From: Histomonas meleagridis 2922-C6/04-290x
Taxonomy: Eukaryota > Protista > Parabasalia
Direction: 5' to 3'
Length of the DNA: 64,000 nt
NCBI GenBank assembly: GCA_020184695.1
Contig: JAANOX010000234.1
Coordinates: 1 to 64,000 of the forward strand
Made by a program: the position numbers and the translations under genes. Under the pieces are notes generated by a model. It was given only the letters and a program-made list of their open reading frames with translations, did no database searches and was not told the origin of the DNA. Below are positions 33,266 through 44,151 of this stretch, in pieces (positions within the stretch are counted from its first letter, which is position 1; the number at the start of each line of letters is the position of its first letter).

Positions 33266-36200
33266 ATGGTGGACGTAACACCAAAAATAAACAAAACACA
33301 ACAAACTTATGATACATTTATTGCATCCCCATCTTCTCGAATGGAATCGCCATTTGTCAATGTTCGTGAATATCAACAAAATGTTGCAAATTTAGAAAAT
33401 GAAATATTCACATTAAAAATTCTTTTATGGCAATTAGACAGAAAAAATAGATCATTTTTGAAGTCAAATAATGTTTCAGAAGATGTGATTGCAAAACTAA
33501 TTGAACAAGAAAAAACAATTGCAAAATTAAATTCTGAAATTGGAAATAACAATAAAGATGGTAACACACTAAGTGGAAGACAATCACCTACGTTAAAAAG
33601 ACAATTACAAGATGCTTTAGATGATAATATTCGTTTGCAGAAAAAACTTCAACAAAAAGAAAAACAAGAATTATTATCTGCAACTGAAAGTTCTTCTATG
33701 TTAGATAAAGGTGCTCAACTTTCTATTGATAATGTTGAACTTCGATCTCAAGTTGAAACATTAAATGCCGAAATATCAATTCTTCGTGAAGAAATAGAAA
33801 AGCTTAAACAAGAGAATGAAACATTAAAATCAAATTCCAATAATATATCAAATGAACTTAACAATAAGATTAATGATCTTCAAAATCAGAACAAAGATTT
33901 AAATAATCAAATAGATGAACTTAACAAAACTATTACCAAACTAAAAACAGAAAATGAAAGTTTGCAAAACGAAAATGATGATCTTAATCAAACAATTAAT
34001 GATTTAAGAGATGAGTTAGACAAACTTAAGCAAGAAATTAAAAGTAAAGATGACTTAGTAAAGACTAAAGATGACGAAGCACGTGCTTTAAATCTTCAAT
34101 TAAACCAACTTCAAAAAGATAATTCAACAATTATGCTCACATTGAACATTGATAATTTCAATGAAGTCATAACTAAAATCAAAGATCTTGAAGCAGACAA
34201 TGAATTCCTAAAGAACCAAAATGAAAAACTTGGAAATGCTATCGAAAGTGCTGAATCACAAATTGATAAATATAAAAATATTATTGACGAAAAAGAAAAA
34301 GACAATGATAGTATTGAGTTCCTTCAAACAGAGAATTTGCAGTATAAAGAACAAATTAAAGAAGCATTAAAAGAAAATGAAGAACTTAAAAAACAAATTA
34401 ATGAATTACAAAAAACAAAAAGTGGATCACCGAATAATAGTTTAGTAAAAGACAACTCAAGAATTGAGAAATTAGAAAAAGAAAACCAAAAATTGAAGAA
34501 ACAAAATGAAGAATTACATCAACAAATTGATAATTTGCAAAAATCATCTTCAATACTTAATAGCCGAAGTTTACTTCGAGATAATTCACAAATACAAAAA
34601 TTAAAGAAAGAAAATGAAGAACTTAAAAAGCAAAACGAAGAATTACATCAACAAATTGATAATTTACAAAAATCTTCTTCGTTATTAAGTAGTAGAAGTA
34701 CAACTAAAGACAACACACAAATTAGGAAATTAAAGAAAGAAAATGATGAACTTAAGCAACAAAAAGAAGAATTACTTCAACAAATTGATGAACTTCAAAA
34801 ATCTTCTTCATTATTAAGTAGTAGAAGTATCACTAAAGATAATACACAAATTAGGAAATTAAAGAAAGAAAATGATGAACTTAAGCAACAAAAAGAAGAA
34901 TTACTTCAACAAATTGATGAATTGCAAAAATCCTCTTTATTAAAGAGTAACATTTCTATTGATGAAATTTCACAAATACAAAAATTAAAGAAAGAAAACG
35001 AAGAACTTAAACAACAAAAGGAAGAATTAAGGCAACAAATTGATAATTTACAAAAATCTTCTTCATTATTAAGTAGTAGAAGTAAAACCAAAGAAAATAC
35101 TCAAATTAAGAAATTAAAGAAAGAAAATGATGAACTTAAGCAACAGAAAGAAGAATTACTTCAACAAATTGATGATTTACAAAAATCCTCTTTATTAAAG
35201 AGTAATAACAATAGTTCAATTAGAAGCAATTCTCAAATTCAAAAATTGAAGAAAGAAAATGATGAACTTAAAAAGAAAATCAATAATTTACAGAAAAATA
35301 ATGAAAACAATTCAAAATCATTAGATGACACACAAATAATTGCAAGTATTTCAAGTAGTATTTCACAACCTAATAATTATTATGAACTTATGAAAAATTA
35401 TCAACAAATCATCAAAGAAAATGAAGAGCTTAAAGACAAAATTAAAGAACTACAAGAAGGTAATACTGAACTTGCAAGTAGTGAAATGTTTGATGAAGAA
35501 ACTTCACAACTAAAGAAGAAATATCAAACTTTGTTAAATGAAAATAAAGAACTTGAAAATGAAGTCAAAATATTAAAAGAAAATAATTCTTCAAATAATA
35601 ATTCTAAATTTGAAGAAATGGAACATTCACAAATGAAGAAACAAATACAAAAATTAATGGAAGAAAACCAAATTTTAATTAAGCAAATTAAACAACTTAA
35701 AGAAAAAAATAGTTTTGATGAACAATCACGAAGTTATCAACCAAAAGATTTTAGTAAAAGTATGAATTCATTTATTGAAAATGCTAAAATAAAAGAATTA
35801 CAAAAACAAAATAAAGAATTAAAAGAACAACTTGAAAGCATTCAAGAAAAATCTAAAAATAATTATATTGAAAAATATAATTTGTTATTTGAGCAATCAT
35901 GTAAATTAAGTTTGAGACAAGAAGAATTTAAACAATATATTGATAATATTTCAAAGAATAAATTTGATTATAACATACAAATTTCATCAGAAATGTTATC
36001 TTCTCCTTTAAATACTAATTCACCTGTTGCGATAATTAAAAGTAGAGTTAAAAACTTAAAAGATAAAAATCAAAAAATTAATAATGATCTTGAGCAATTA
36101 CAAAATGAATTTGTTGATAAAGCATTTGAAACTTTATGTAAACAAGAAAATAAAATTAATTCATTAAATTCATCAAATAATAAACTAAAAGAAAAAATTA

Positions 36201-37828
36201 ACGAATTACAAAATCAAATTTTAATTATACAATCAGAAAATATTGAGTTAGTAAATGAAAATGATAAACTTCATTTAAACTCAAAGAACAATGAAAAAGT
36301 TATTAATCTACAAACACAAATACAAAATTTACAAATTAAAAATAAAGAACTTATTCAAGAAAATGAAGAAATGAAAGAACAAATTGAAACAAATCAGCAA
36401 CAAATTGAAAAACTTAATGAAAATAATATTAAATTATCAAATAATATTAAAACTTTACGTTCTTCACAAGATAAAAATTCGAATCTTAATGAAAATCAAA
36501 TTAAAGAGTATAAAAATCAAATCGAAATTTTAACAAAAGAAAATACTAATTTATCAAATCAAATAACAAAACAATTAACATCACTAAAAAGAAATGAAAC
36601 ATTAATTAATGAGCTTCAACAACAAATTGAAATTCTTAAAAACGAAAATACTGATTTAGTAAATGAAAATGATTTACTTCGTATAAATAATAACAAAAAT
36701 AATAAAAATAATAAAAATAATTCTTCATCAATACAAACGAAAGAAGAAATTAAACAACTCCAAATGCAAATTGAAATAATAAATAATGAAAAAAATGATT
36801 TAATAAAAGAAATCGATCGATTAAATGCACAAAATAAACAACAAAATGTTGATTTTAAAGATCAAATCCAAACACTTCAAACCAAGAATAAAAGTCTTTC
36901 AAGTGAAATTACATCATTAAAAGTACAAATTTCTTCATTTGTTTCACCAATTAAAAATAATAATAATAATTTTGATAAAAATCAAATTAATGAATTAAAG
37001 CAAAAAATTTCATTACTTGAAGAAGAAAATAAAAGATTAAAACAAACAAAAACTGTTCTTGGAAGTCCACATCAACAAGAACAAATCCTTGAAGATCAAC
37101 AACAAATTGAAATACTTCTAAAAGAAAAACAAGTTTTAACCAAACAAATTATAGTTATAAAGCAATTTATTAATAAAAACATAAAAACTTTATTCCAAAA
37201 TCTTTATAAACAAAATGAAAAAATTAAATCAGAATTTGAAGAATTTAAAAATATTTGTAAACAAATGTTTGAAGATATTAAAAAAGCAGCGATGATATGT
37301 ATACAAAGTTCAATTAAAATTAATAAAATATATTCAAAAGCGCCATTAACTCGTGAAGAACGTAAAAGAATAACAATAATACAACAAAAATGGAATAGTA
37401 AAGTAAGTAAAAGTCTTGCTCATTTCATTGATGAAGAAAATGAAAAAAGTTTTCTAAACGCAAATGTTTCAAAAGTTACAAATATAAATGGAAATAGTTT
37501 TATATATTTACAATGCCAAAGATTAATAAATTCAATTTGGAGCGCATTTGGAAATAAATCTGGTGAAGAACCAAAAATAACTGAAATTAAGTCAACGAAA
37601 GAAATACAAAAAATTATTACAAATGTTGTAAAGATGCAACATATTGGCGTGATTAACTTACAGAGTCAAATAGAAGATTTAGAAGAAAAAGGCGATGGAT
37701 TGAATCCTAAAATTTCGGGTTTAATTTCTAATTTCAAAAAAGAAGTGCGGACTTATAGAACTGTTTTACATAATGACCATCAGCAATTGATGTTAGCTAT
37801 ATCTACCAAAGAAAATGAATTTTTGTAA
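33266..37828 (+). CDS. 1520-aa coiled-coil protein with a CM1 (centrosomin motif 1)-like N-terminus
   Basis: VREYQQNVANLENEIFTLKILLWQLD resembles the CM1 pattern (..L.kENF.LKLri..Le); heptad-rich throughout. Confidence 0.6.
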   Translation: MVDVTPKINKTQQTYDTFIASPSSRMESPFVNVREYQQNVANLENEIFTLKILLWQLDRKNRSFLKSNNVSEDVIAKLIEQEKTIAKLNSEIGNNNKDGNTLSGRQSPTLKRQLQDALDDNIRLQKKLQQKEKQELLSATESSSMLDKGAQLSIDNVELRSQVETLNAEISILREEIEKLKQENETLKSNSNNISNELNNKINDLQNQNKDLNNQIDELNKTITKLKTENESLQNENDDLNQTINDLRDELDKLKQEIKSKDDLVKTKDDEARALNLQLNQLQKDNSTIMLTLNIDNFNEVITKIKDLEADNEFLKNQNEKLGNAIESAESQIDKYKNIIDEKEKDNDSIEFLQTENLQYKEQIKEALKENEELKKQINELQKTKSGSPNNSLVKDNSRIEKLEKENQKLKKQNEELHQQIDNLQKSSSILNSRSLLRDNSQIQKLKKENEELKKQNEELHQQIDNLQKSSSLLSSRSTTKDNTQIRKLKKENDELKQQKEELLQQIDELQKSSSLLSSRSITKDNTQIRKLKKENDELKQQKEELLQQIDELQKSSLLKSNISIDEISQIQKLKKENEELKQQKEELRQQIDNLQKSSSLLSSRSKTKENTQIKKLKKENDELKQQKEELLQQIDDLQKSSLLKSNNNSSIRSNSQIQKLKKENDELKKKINNLQKNNENNSKSLDDTQIIASISSSISQPNNYYELMKNYQQIIKENEELKDKIKELQEGNTELASSEMFDEETSQLKKKYQTLLNENKELENEVKILKENNSSNNNSKFEEMEHSQMKKQIQKLMEENQILIKQIKQLKEKNSFDEQSRSYQPKDFSKSMNSFIENAKIKELQKQNKELKEQLESIQEKSKNNYIEKYNLLFEQSCKLSLRQEEFKQYIDNISKNKFDYNIQISSEMLSSPLNTNSPVAIIKSRVKNLKDKNQKINNDLEQLQNEFVDKAFETLCKQENKINSLNSSNNKLKEKINELQNQILIIQSENIELVNENDKLHLNSKNNEKVINLQTQIQNLQIKNKELIQENEEMKEQIETNQQQIEKLNENNIKLSNNIKTLRSSQDKNSNLNENQIKEYKNQIEILTKENTNLSNQITKQLTSLKRNETLINELQQQIEILKNENTDLVNENDLLRINNNKNNKNNKNNSSSIQTKEEIKQLQMQIEIINNEKNDLIKEIDRLNAQNKQQNVDFKDQIQTLQTKNKSLSSEITSLKVQISSFVSPIKNNNNNFDKNQINELKQKISLLEEENKRLKQTKTVLGSPHQQEQILEDQQQIEILLKEKQVLTKQIIVIKQFINKNIKTLFQNLYKQNEKIKSEFEEFKNICKQMFEDIKKAAMICIQSSIKINKIYSKAPLTREERKRITIIQQKWNSKVSKSLAHFIDEENEKSFLNANVSKVTNINGNSFIYLQCQRLINSIWSAFGNKSGEEPKITEIKSTKEIQKIITNVVKMQHIGVINLQSQIEDLEEKGDGLNPKISGLISNFKKEVRTYRTVLHNDHQQLMLAISTKENEFL
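34450..35290 (+). repeat. Intragenic 129-nt (43-aa) tandem repeat, 6 copies plus a partial
   Basis: DNxQIxKLKKENDELKQQKEELLQQIDELQKSSSLLSSRS units; AAATGATGAA recurs at 34741 and 34870. Confidence 0.9.
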
Positions 37829-38462
37829 TAAATATTTTTTTTAATATTTTTTGATATTAATTCAATTTAGCTAAAATCATTCGAAAAATTAAAATTGTTC
37901 CATGTTCACTAATTATCTTTCAAATGAATAACATTATTCAGTATATATTTATATTCCTCGTAAATTTGCTCTTCAAGAGAAGTTTTGAAATCATACCCAA
38001 ATAATTCTGTTTTTTAACCTAGTTATTTTTATGAAACTTATTAATAAATTGAAAAAATAATGTTACTGGAAAATATTTGACTTCCAAAAGACATATTATT
38101 CGAAAAAATTTATGGGAAAGTTTAATTTGATATTATTGAAGATGTAAGATTGCAAAAGAAATTTGGATTGGATTTATCATTATTTTATGGAAAGCCTGCT
38201 AAAAATGGAAACAATAAAAAGAAAGGAAATTTTAAGGTTAACTTAAAAACAACAGAACCTTGGATCGAAACAGATAAAACGGAGACAATTATTGTAGTAA
38301 CTGCACTTTTAATCATTGTTAATGCAACAATCATTTTTTTATTATTGAATCAAAACCACACCAAATCAACTCTTCATATGTTTACACATTTAAAGATATT
38401 ATATATATACATAACCATTTCATAAACGCACAACAGAAAATGTCCACAAAGTTATGATAGTT

Positions 38463-40319
38463 TTACTTTTCATATTTCTCTTCCATGTTAATCATTGGAT
38501 CAGTCATAAATTTTATTTTATCATTTTCCTTCTTCTTTCTTGTTATCACACACACAACAATGATTCCGATCACTACTACTGCCGCTCCGACAGATAATCC
38601 GATTGTCAAGCCCTTTTTAAATTTCATTATAACGTCATCATGCGGACATTCGTTGAGAATTTCGTTCTTCTTAACGAATTTATCACAGAAGAATCCTCCT
38701 TCGTAAGAATGCGCCACCATTACTTTTTCGATTTTATTATCACTTCCAAATCCTGGTGAAGATGTACCATAATAATATACACATTTTAAGTTAATGCACT
38801 TAATAAATGCATAATATCCAATATAACGAACATTTTCTCTGATAATCAAATTGACCAAATTTTTAGCATTAGCAAATGCTCGATTTGCAATTTTAGTAAC
38901 AAAAATTGGTGTTTCTAATGTTTCGTCAGTAATTAATGGTGGATAACGAATTATTGTTGAATGATTTTTATTCCAAAGTATTACATCGCCATTTAAATTG
39001 GAAAAAACCGGATTTTCTTCAGATACTTAAATGGATAATATATTGTTGCATGATTCAAATGCTTTTGATTCAATTGTTGTTAATGATTTGGATATTGTAA
39101 TATATGTTAAATTTATACAATTATAAAATGCTTTGTCTCCAATAAATTGTACATTTGGCCCAAGTGTTAATTCTCTTAAGCCTTCACATTCATAAAATGC
39201 ATAAGGTCCAATATTTTGTAGATTCGTTCCAAGTGTTAATTCCTTTAATTTTTCACATAAACTAAATGCATTTATTTCAATTATTTGTACACTTTCACCT
39301 AAAGTAACTTTCTCTAAATTGTGACATTTCATAAATGAACGTTCGCCAATCGTTTTAACATTATCACTAATTATAACTTCTCTTAAACTTTTACAATAAT
39401 AAAATGCTTCTTCATCAATTCTTTCGATTCCTTTTCCAAATTGAACCGTTTCTAAATTTAAACATTGAATAAATCCTCTTTTATAAATTGCTTTAACTGA
39501 ATCTGGAATAATAATATTTATTAAGTTACATCCCTCAAATAAACTTTCCCCAATGAATGTAAGTGAATTAGATAATTTAACATATGTTAAATTTGAACAG
39601 CCAAGAAATGTATTGTTGCCAATTGTGGTCACTGAATCTGGAATTGTGATATTATTTAACAGTTTACAATCTGAAAATGCTGATTCGCCAATAGTTTTTA
39701 ATTGATTACCAAATTCAATTTTTTGTAATAAACAAGATTTAAAGGCTCCGAGTCCTATCGATTTGACTGAGTTTGGAATTCGAACTTCTTTGAGACCTGA
39801 ATAAGTAAATGTGAATTGTTCAATGATTTCAATACCTTCAGAGATGTTAATTGTACTGAGAGAAGCACATAATGCAAACGCAGTACGACCAATTGACGTT
39901 ACTGTGGTTGGAATTTTGATATCAGTCAAATGAGCGCAAAGAGAAAAAGCTTTTGGGCTAATGGTTTGGAGACTTTGACCTAATTCAATATTTTCGAGGA
40001 AATTACAAAAGCAGAATGCGCCAGTTCCAATGAAGGTGACTGATTGTAGATAAACTTTTTTTACAGTAGAGCTTGCAAATGATTCATTTCCAATCGTTGT
40101 AATTGTTGATCCACACTTGATTGTCTCTAATTTCATCCAGCTGTAAAATGATTGTTCTGGAATAGTTGTAACATCATCGGCAAATTGAAGTGTTTTTGTA
40201 TCATTTTTATATTCCTTGTAAGTTCCTTTCTCGAGATCAGTAAGATTAACGATTAAGGTTCCATTTTCTTTAAAGAATTCTTGGTAAGAGAAAAAAAAGA
40301 AAAAAGAAAAAAGCAACAT
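38463..40319 (-). CDS. BspA-like (TpLRR) leucine-rich-repeat surface protein with a C-terminal TM; one in-frame TAA at 39029-39027
   Basis: IPxSVTxIGxxAFxxC repeats. ORFs 39027..40319 and 38463..38858 are in the same frame with an open 56-codon bridge; TM GLTIGLSVGAAVVVIGIIVVCVI followed by RKKK. Confidence 0.9.
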
Positions 40320-40792
40320 AAATTCGCACTCTCAAACAGGAAAAAACCGTCCATTTGAACTGTAAGGACTTCAATAACTCGATCCGGCATATTGAAAATT
40401 GAATTATACTAGCGGTTGTATAACAGTTTTGGTCAAATTGACTATGCTTGTTCGATTACAAATTTTACCAAAAGCATTTTTATTCTACAGATTGGAATGA
40501 ATTTTATAAAATTACTCTAAGTCGATCATGAATTGTGTTTATTTTGCCTCTTTTATTTTTTCTTCCTTTGGTTCCCGTGTACACAATCGGCAAGAGATCG
40601 GCTCCACTAAGTCCTAGCTATAAACTGAAAACATTTTCATTGCTACCTAAAATTCTGGAAATTTGGCAAACAGAAAAACTATCTTGATCACAAAAAATTG
40701 TTTCTTCTTTGTGTAAAAAGTTATCTTTGTGAAATTTTATTCTAATCGAAAAATTGATTATTTAATTATGAATATATTTTGTAGAATCGGAT

Positions 40793-40864
40793 TCCGATAT
40801 CGTTCATCGGTTAGGATATGTGGTTTTCATCCACGGGAGCGGGGTTCGACTCCCCGTATCGGAA
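40793..40864 (+). tRNA. tRNA-Glu (anticodon TTC)
   Basis: Acceptor stem TCCGATA/TATCGGA, anticodon arm TGTGG-TTTTCAT-CCACG, T-loop GTTCGAC, followed by a T-run. Confidence 0.95.
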
Positions 40865-40879
40865 TTAATTTTTTTCATT

Positions 40880-42004
40880 ATGAATAATGAAGAAATAAAT
40901 TTGGATCTTGTTTTACCTCATGACAAAAAGATTCAAATGGATTACTTTTTTAACTACCCCTGTATATTTAATTTAAATCTTTCTGGTTATGCTTATGAAT
41001 ATATTCCATTATCAATTTCCCAATGTGTTCTTCTTCAATCCGTAGATTTAACTTTCACACCATTTGACCGACCTCCGTATATACTCTTTAGCCTCCCAAA
41101 GCTACGTGCACATCCACAAAATATTACTTTTGGTGAAGGACATAAATGTACGCCTCGACTTATGTATAATATTATCAAAGAAGCTACCTCATCTCTTTCA
41201 CAGATTGTCATTTCGTATAAAGATTTTGATCGTAATATAAAAAAAATTTCAATTTCACCACAAATTACATTATTAGATTTTATAAATCTTGTTCACCCTG
41301 ATCTTATTCATCTATGCGATTATCTTTTTTTAGTTCGGACTTTCGACAAATATGCACTCAAACTGATTCCTGAAGATATTCCAATGTCCCTCTTTTTTTA
41401 TCCAGGGTCTATATGGTCTCTTGAGCTTCGCTATCTTCCACAGTCACTTCCTAGACCATGTTTTCCACTTCTTGTTGATTTTTTAAGCACTTTTTCGGAT
41501 AAAGATATATCTGATGATTTATATAAACGTTCCAAATCCTTATCAGTTGAATCCATGAATCAATTTCTCTCTGATTTCTTTGGCAATAAACAACTTTCTA
41601 CACTCAGTTTCAATATCATTTTGCAAAATGATACATATTTGAAACTGAATATTACTGCCAATGGACGTGTATCTTTAGAATGTCCTGAGGAATATTATTA
41701 TGACTTCGATATTCATGGCGTTTCCCTCAGTTATGTTGATGGGAAGCCATTGATTTTGTTTGGCGGAAAGGCATTAGTTCTTTCTAAGACTTGTATTCCA
41801 AATTTGCTTAGCATTGCTTCTTATTTCACGCCAACTTATCCCTCCAATACTTTGAATAATATAAATTTGGATTTTAGGGCTTTGGTTGATTTGAGTAATT
41901 TTAGAATGCAAAGTAATGTTAACGTTGAAAATTATGATGAAGAATTAAAGAAATTGAGAAATGTTAAATCACTGTTTAAAAGAGTTCCAAAAAATACTAA
42001 ATAA
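40880..42004 (+). CDS. Hypothetical protein (~374 aa; short LRR-like stretch); true start likely the ATG at 40880
   Basis: The ORF-track start (GTG 40820) lies inside the tRNA; the ATG at 40880 is preceded by TCATT. Confidence 0.75.
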   Translation: MNNEEINLDLVLPHDKKIQMDYFFNYPCIFNLNLSGYAYEYIPLSISQCVLLQSVDLTFTPFDRPPYILFSLPKLRAHPQNITFGEGHKCTPRLMYNIIKEATSSLSQIVISYKDFDRNIKKISISPQITLLDFINLVHPDLIHLCDYLFLVRTFDKYALKLIPEDIPMSLFFYPGSIWSLELRYLPQSLPRPCFPLLVDFLSTFSDKDISDDLYKRSKSLSVESMNQFLSDFFGNKQLSTLSFNIILQNDTYLKLNITANGRVSLECPEEYYYDFDIHGVSLSYVDGKPLILFGGKALVLSKTCIPNLLSIASYFTPTYPSNTLNNINLDFRALVDLSNFRMQSNVNVENYDEELKKLRNVKSLFKRVPKNTK

Positions 42005-42134
42005 AATTTGTTTATTTTATTCTTTTATTCTTTTTTTATCTTTGTTTCGTTTATATATTCATAAATAATAATTTTAATTTTATATGTTCATTAAATAAAA
42101 GTAAAGCAAAATATTAATTTAACATTAAAAACAT

Positions 42135-43262
42135 TTATTTATATTTTTTAAACTTATTTGAAATGTGTGTTTCCACTTTATTTTTCGCAGTTATAATTTG
42201 GTAGTCGCCATTTTCTTTCGTGTATTTACTACTTCCGTTTGGAAACAGAACATATTTATCTCCGTTGGGAAAATGCGCTTCTTTTTGACCACTTGGAAAG
42301 TCAATAACAACTGTACTATCAGGGAGCGTGAGTTCAATCGCACCAGTGTTAGCAAAAAAGTACGCAACAGCTCCATCATCGAATTCTTTAAGTATATCAC
42401 CGTTGTTATAAAATATAAAAATGTTCGAATCCGTACGAATTTTACAAGTTCCATTCCTAAATTGCACAACAACATCCCCGTTGGGGTATCGTATCTCTTT
42501 CCCATGAGGTGATTTGATACCTTCACCTATTGGATGATAATCAAAATTAATGTCATAATCATAATGAGGTATTGACAATCGTTCAAATTGTACACTTTGT
42601 TCTTCTAAATCATTTGTTTGGTGATTTATACTTTTTTGTGGAGATGAATCATCTTCAATTATTGGTTCTTCCATAATGGGCTTTATAGGGGAAGTTGGTG
42701 AAACTTCGGGAGAAATTGATTTTTTCTGCTTAGTAGGAGTACTAAATTGAGATATTGTTAACTTTAAGGAATCATTTTTTTCTTTTTGAAGTTGCAGAGT
42801 ATTAATTAAACGTTGCTTCTCAGATTTCCATAAATCATTTTCTTCTTTGTATTTTAATTCCAATGCTTTCTTCTTTTCAAGTAATTCTCTTATTGTCATT
42901 TTTGAAACTTGGATATCGGCCATTTCTTCTTGGGTTTGTGAGTCTTGCTTTTCCCTTTTAGTTCCTTTTGGCTTTGATTTTCCTATTTCTGATCTGAAAA
43001 ATTGTAATTGATTATTAAATTCATTTTTATCCTTTTCAAATTGTTTTCTTTGAATTTCTATTTCATTTTTTTCATTTCTTAATATTATGTTTTGTTTTTT
43101 GATTTCTTCCTGTTGTTTTTTAAGTTCATCAAGTTTTTGTTTTAATTCTTGAAATGATTTTTTAAATTCTTTTAGCTGCATTTCAGTCACCTCGTATGTT
43201 TTTGGCTCAGGTAATTTCCATTGTATTTCTTCTTCGTTATTTGATTCTTCTTCAAAGCTCAA
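42135..43262 (-). CDS. SAS-4/CPAP/TCP10-family protein (coiled coil plus C-terminal TCP10/G-box domain)
   Basis: Repeated [FY]x[NS]G[DT] turns: IRYPNGD, FRNGT, FYNNGD, FPSGQKEAHFPNGDKYVLFPNGS. The ORF opens with TTG; the first ATG is at 43181. Confidence 0.85.
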   Translation of the reverse strand: MSFEEESNNEEEIQWKLPEPKTYEVTEMQLKEFKKSFQELKQKLDELKKQQEEIKKQNIILRNEKNEIEIQRKQFEKDKNEFNNQLQFFRSEIGKSKPKGTKREKQDSQTQEEMADIQVSKMTIRELLEKKKALELKYKEENDLWKSEKQRLINTLQLQKEKNDSLKLTISQFSTPTKQKKSISPEVSPTSPIKPIMEEPIIEDDSSPQKSINHQTNDLEEQSVQFERLSIPHYDYDINFDYHPIGEGIKSPHGKEIRYPNGDVVVQFRNGTCKIRTDSNIFIFYNNGDILKEFDDGAVAYFFANTGAIELTLPDSTVVIDFPSGQKEAHFPNGDKYVLFPNGSSKYTKENGDYQIITAKNKVETHISNKFKKYK

Positions 43263-43509
43263 AATATTTTGGTTAAATTATAAACGTATTTTTGAATTTT
43301 TTCCGAATTCGAATTACATTGATTAAAACAAATATAAAATAAGCAAAATAGAGATAATCAAATTTAATTTTATGATTTTATTGTTAAATAAGTATATATC
43401 AAGATATTTTAATTTATCGCAATTCATGTAAAACATAGAAAAAATTCCTGACCACTTCAGAAAATTCAGTACTGAACTTCTTTGAAAAAAGTTCCTATAT
43501 TTTGTAGTA

Positions 43510-44115
43510 ATGTCACAAAGAATAAATAGCAACATCTCATCGGGTACACCATGCTTAAAAATTCTTATGCTTGGTGAAAGTAATACTGGTAAGACATGTA
43601 TAGTTAATCAATATGTTGATCATAATTTTGATCCTAATACAACTAATACTATAGGGGCTGCTTTCAAACATAAAAAAATCGAATATAATGGCCATACCAT
43701 ACGACTTCAAATTTACGATACTTCAGGTCAAGAACGATATCGATCTATTGTCCCATCATTTTTTAGAAATTCAAATGGTGTTCTCCTTGTTTTCGATCTT
43801 TCAACGCCGAAAACCTTCGAACTGGTTGGATGCTGGATCAATTCGATGGCCCATGTCATTGACGTTTCTGAAATCAAAATGGTTCTCGTTGGGAACAAAT
43901 CAGATTTAGATCGGAAAGTTCCGTGTGAGCTTGCGAAAGCCGAAGCCGACCAGTACGGCATCCCGTACATCGAAACGTCGGCGAAGTACAACACCAACAT
44001 CGACGACGCGTTCGGCCTTCTCGTCGCCGCTGTTATGGATGTCCCCGGGCGCTGTGAAGCGACCGCGAAGAGGGCGCTGCAACAGAACACTGACAACGCC
44101 AAATGCTGTAAATAA
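43510..44115 (+). CDS. Rab-family small GTPase
   Basis: GESNTGKT, IYDTSGQERYRS, GNKSD, ETSAK, C-terminal CCK prenylation motif. Confidence 0.95.
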   Translation: MSQRINSNISSGTPCLKILMLGESNTGKTCIVNQYVDHNFDPNTTNTIGAAFKHKKIEYNGHTIRLQIYDTSGQERYRSIVPSFFRNSNGVLLVFDLSTPKTFELVGCWINSMAHVIDVSEIKMVLVGNKSDLDRKVPCELAKAEADQYGIPYIETSAKYNTNIDDAFGLLVAAVMDVPGRCEATAKRALQQNTDNAKCCK

Positions 44116-44151
44116 GAAATAAAATATGAAATGAAAGATTTACAAATGAAT

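Noticed and set aside
37900-38425. ORF 38150..38425 with a hydrophobic C-terminus
   Set aside because: TTG start, no recognisable family, stops upstream; at best an unidentifiable remnant.
40820-40879. N-terminal extension of ORF 40820..42004
   Set aside because: It overlaps the tRNA-Glu gene; the ATG at 40880 has an Inr.
33266-43262. Functional clustering of centrosomal genes (CM1-like protein and SAS-4)
   Set aside because: Separated by unrelated genes; two genes are not evidence of a cluster.
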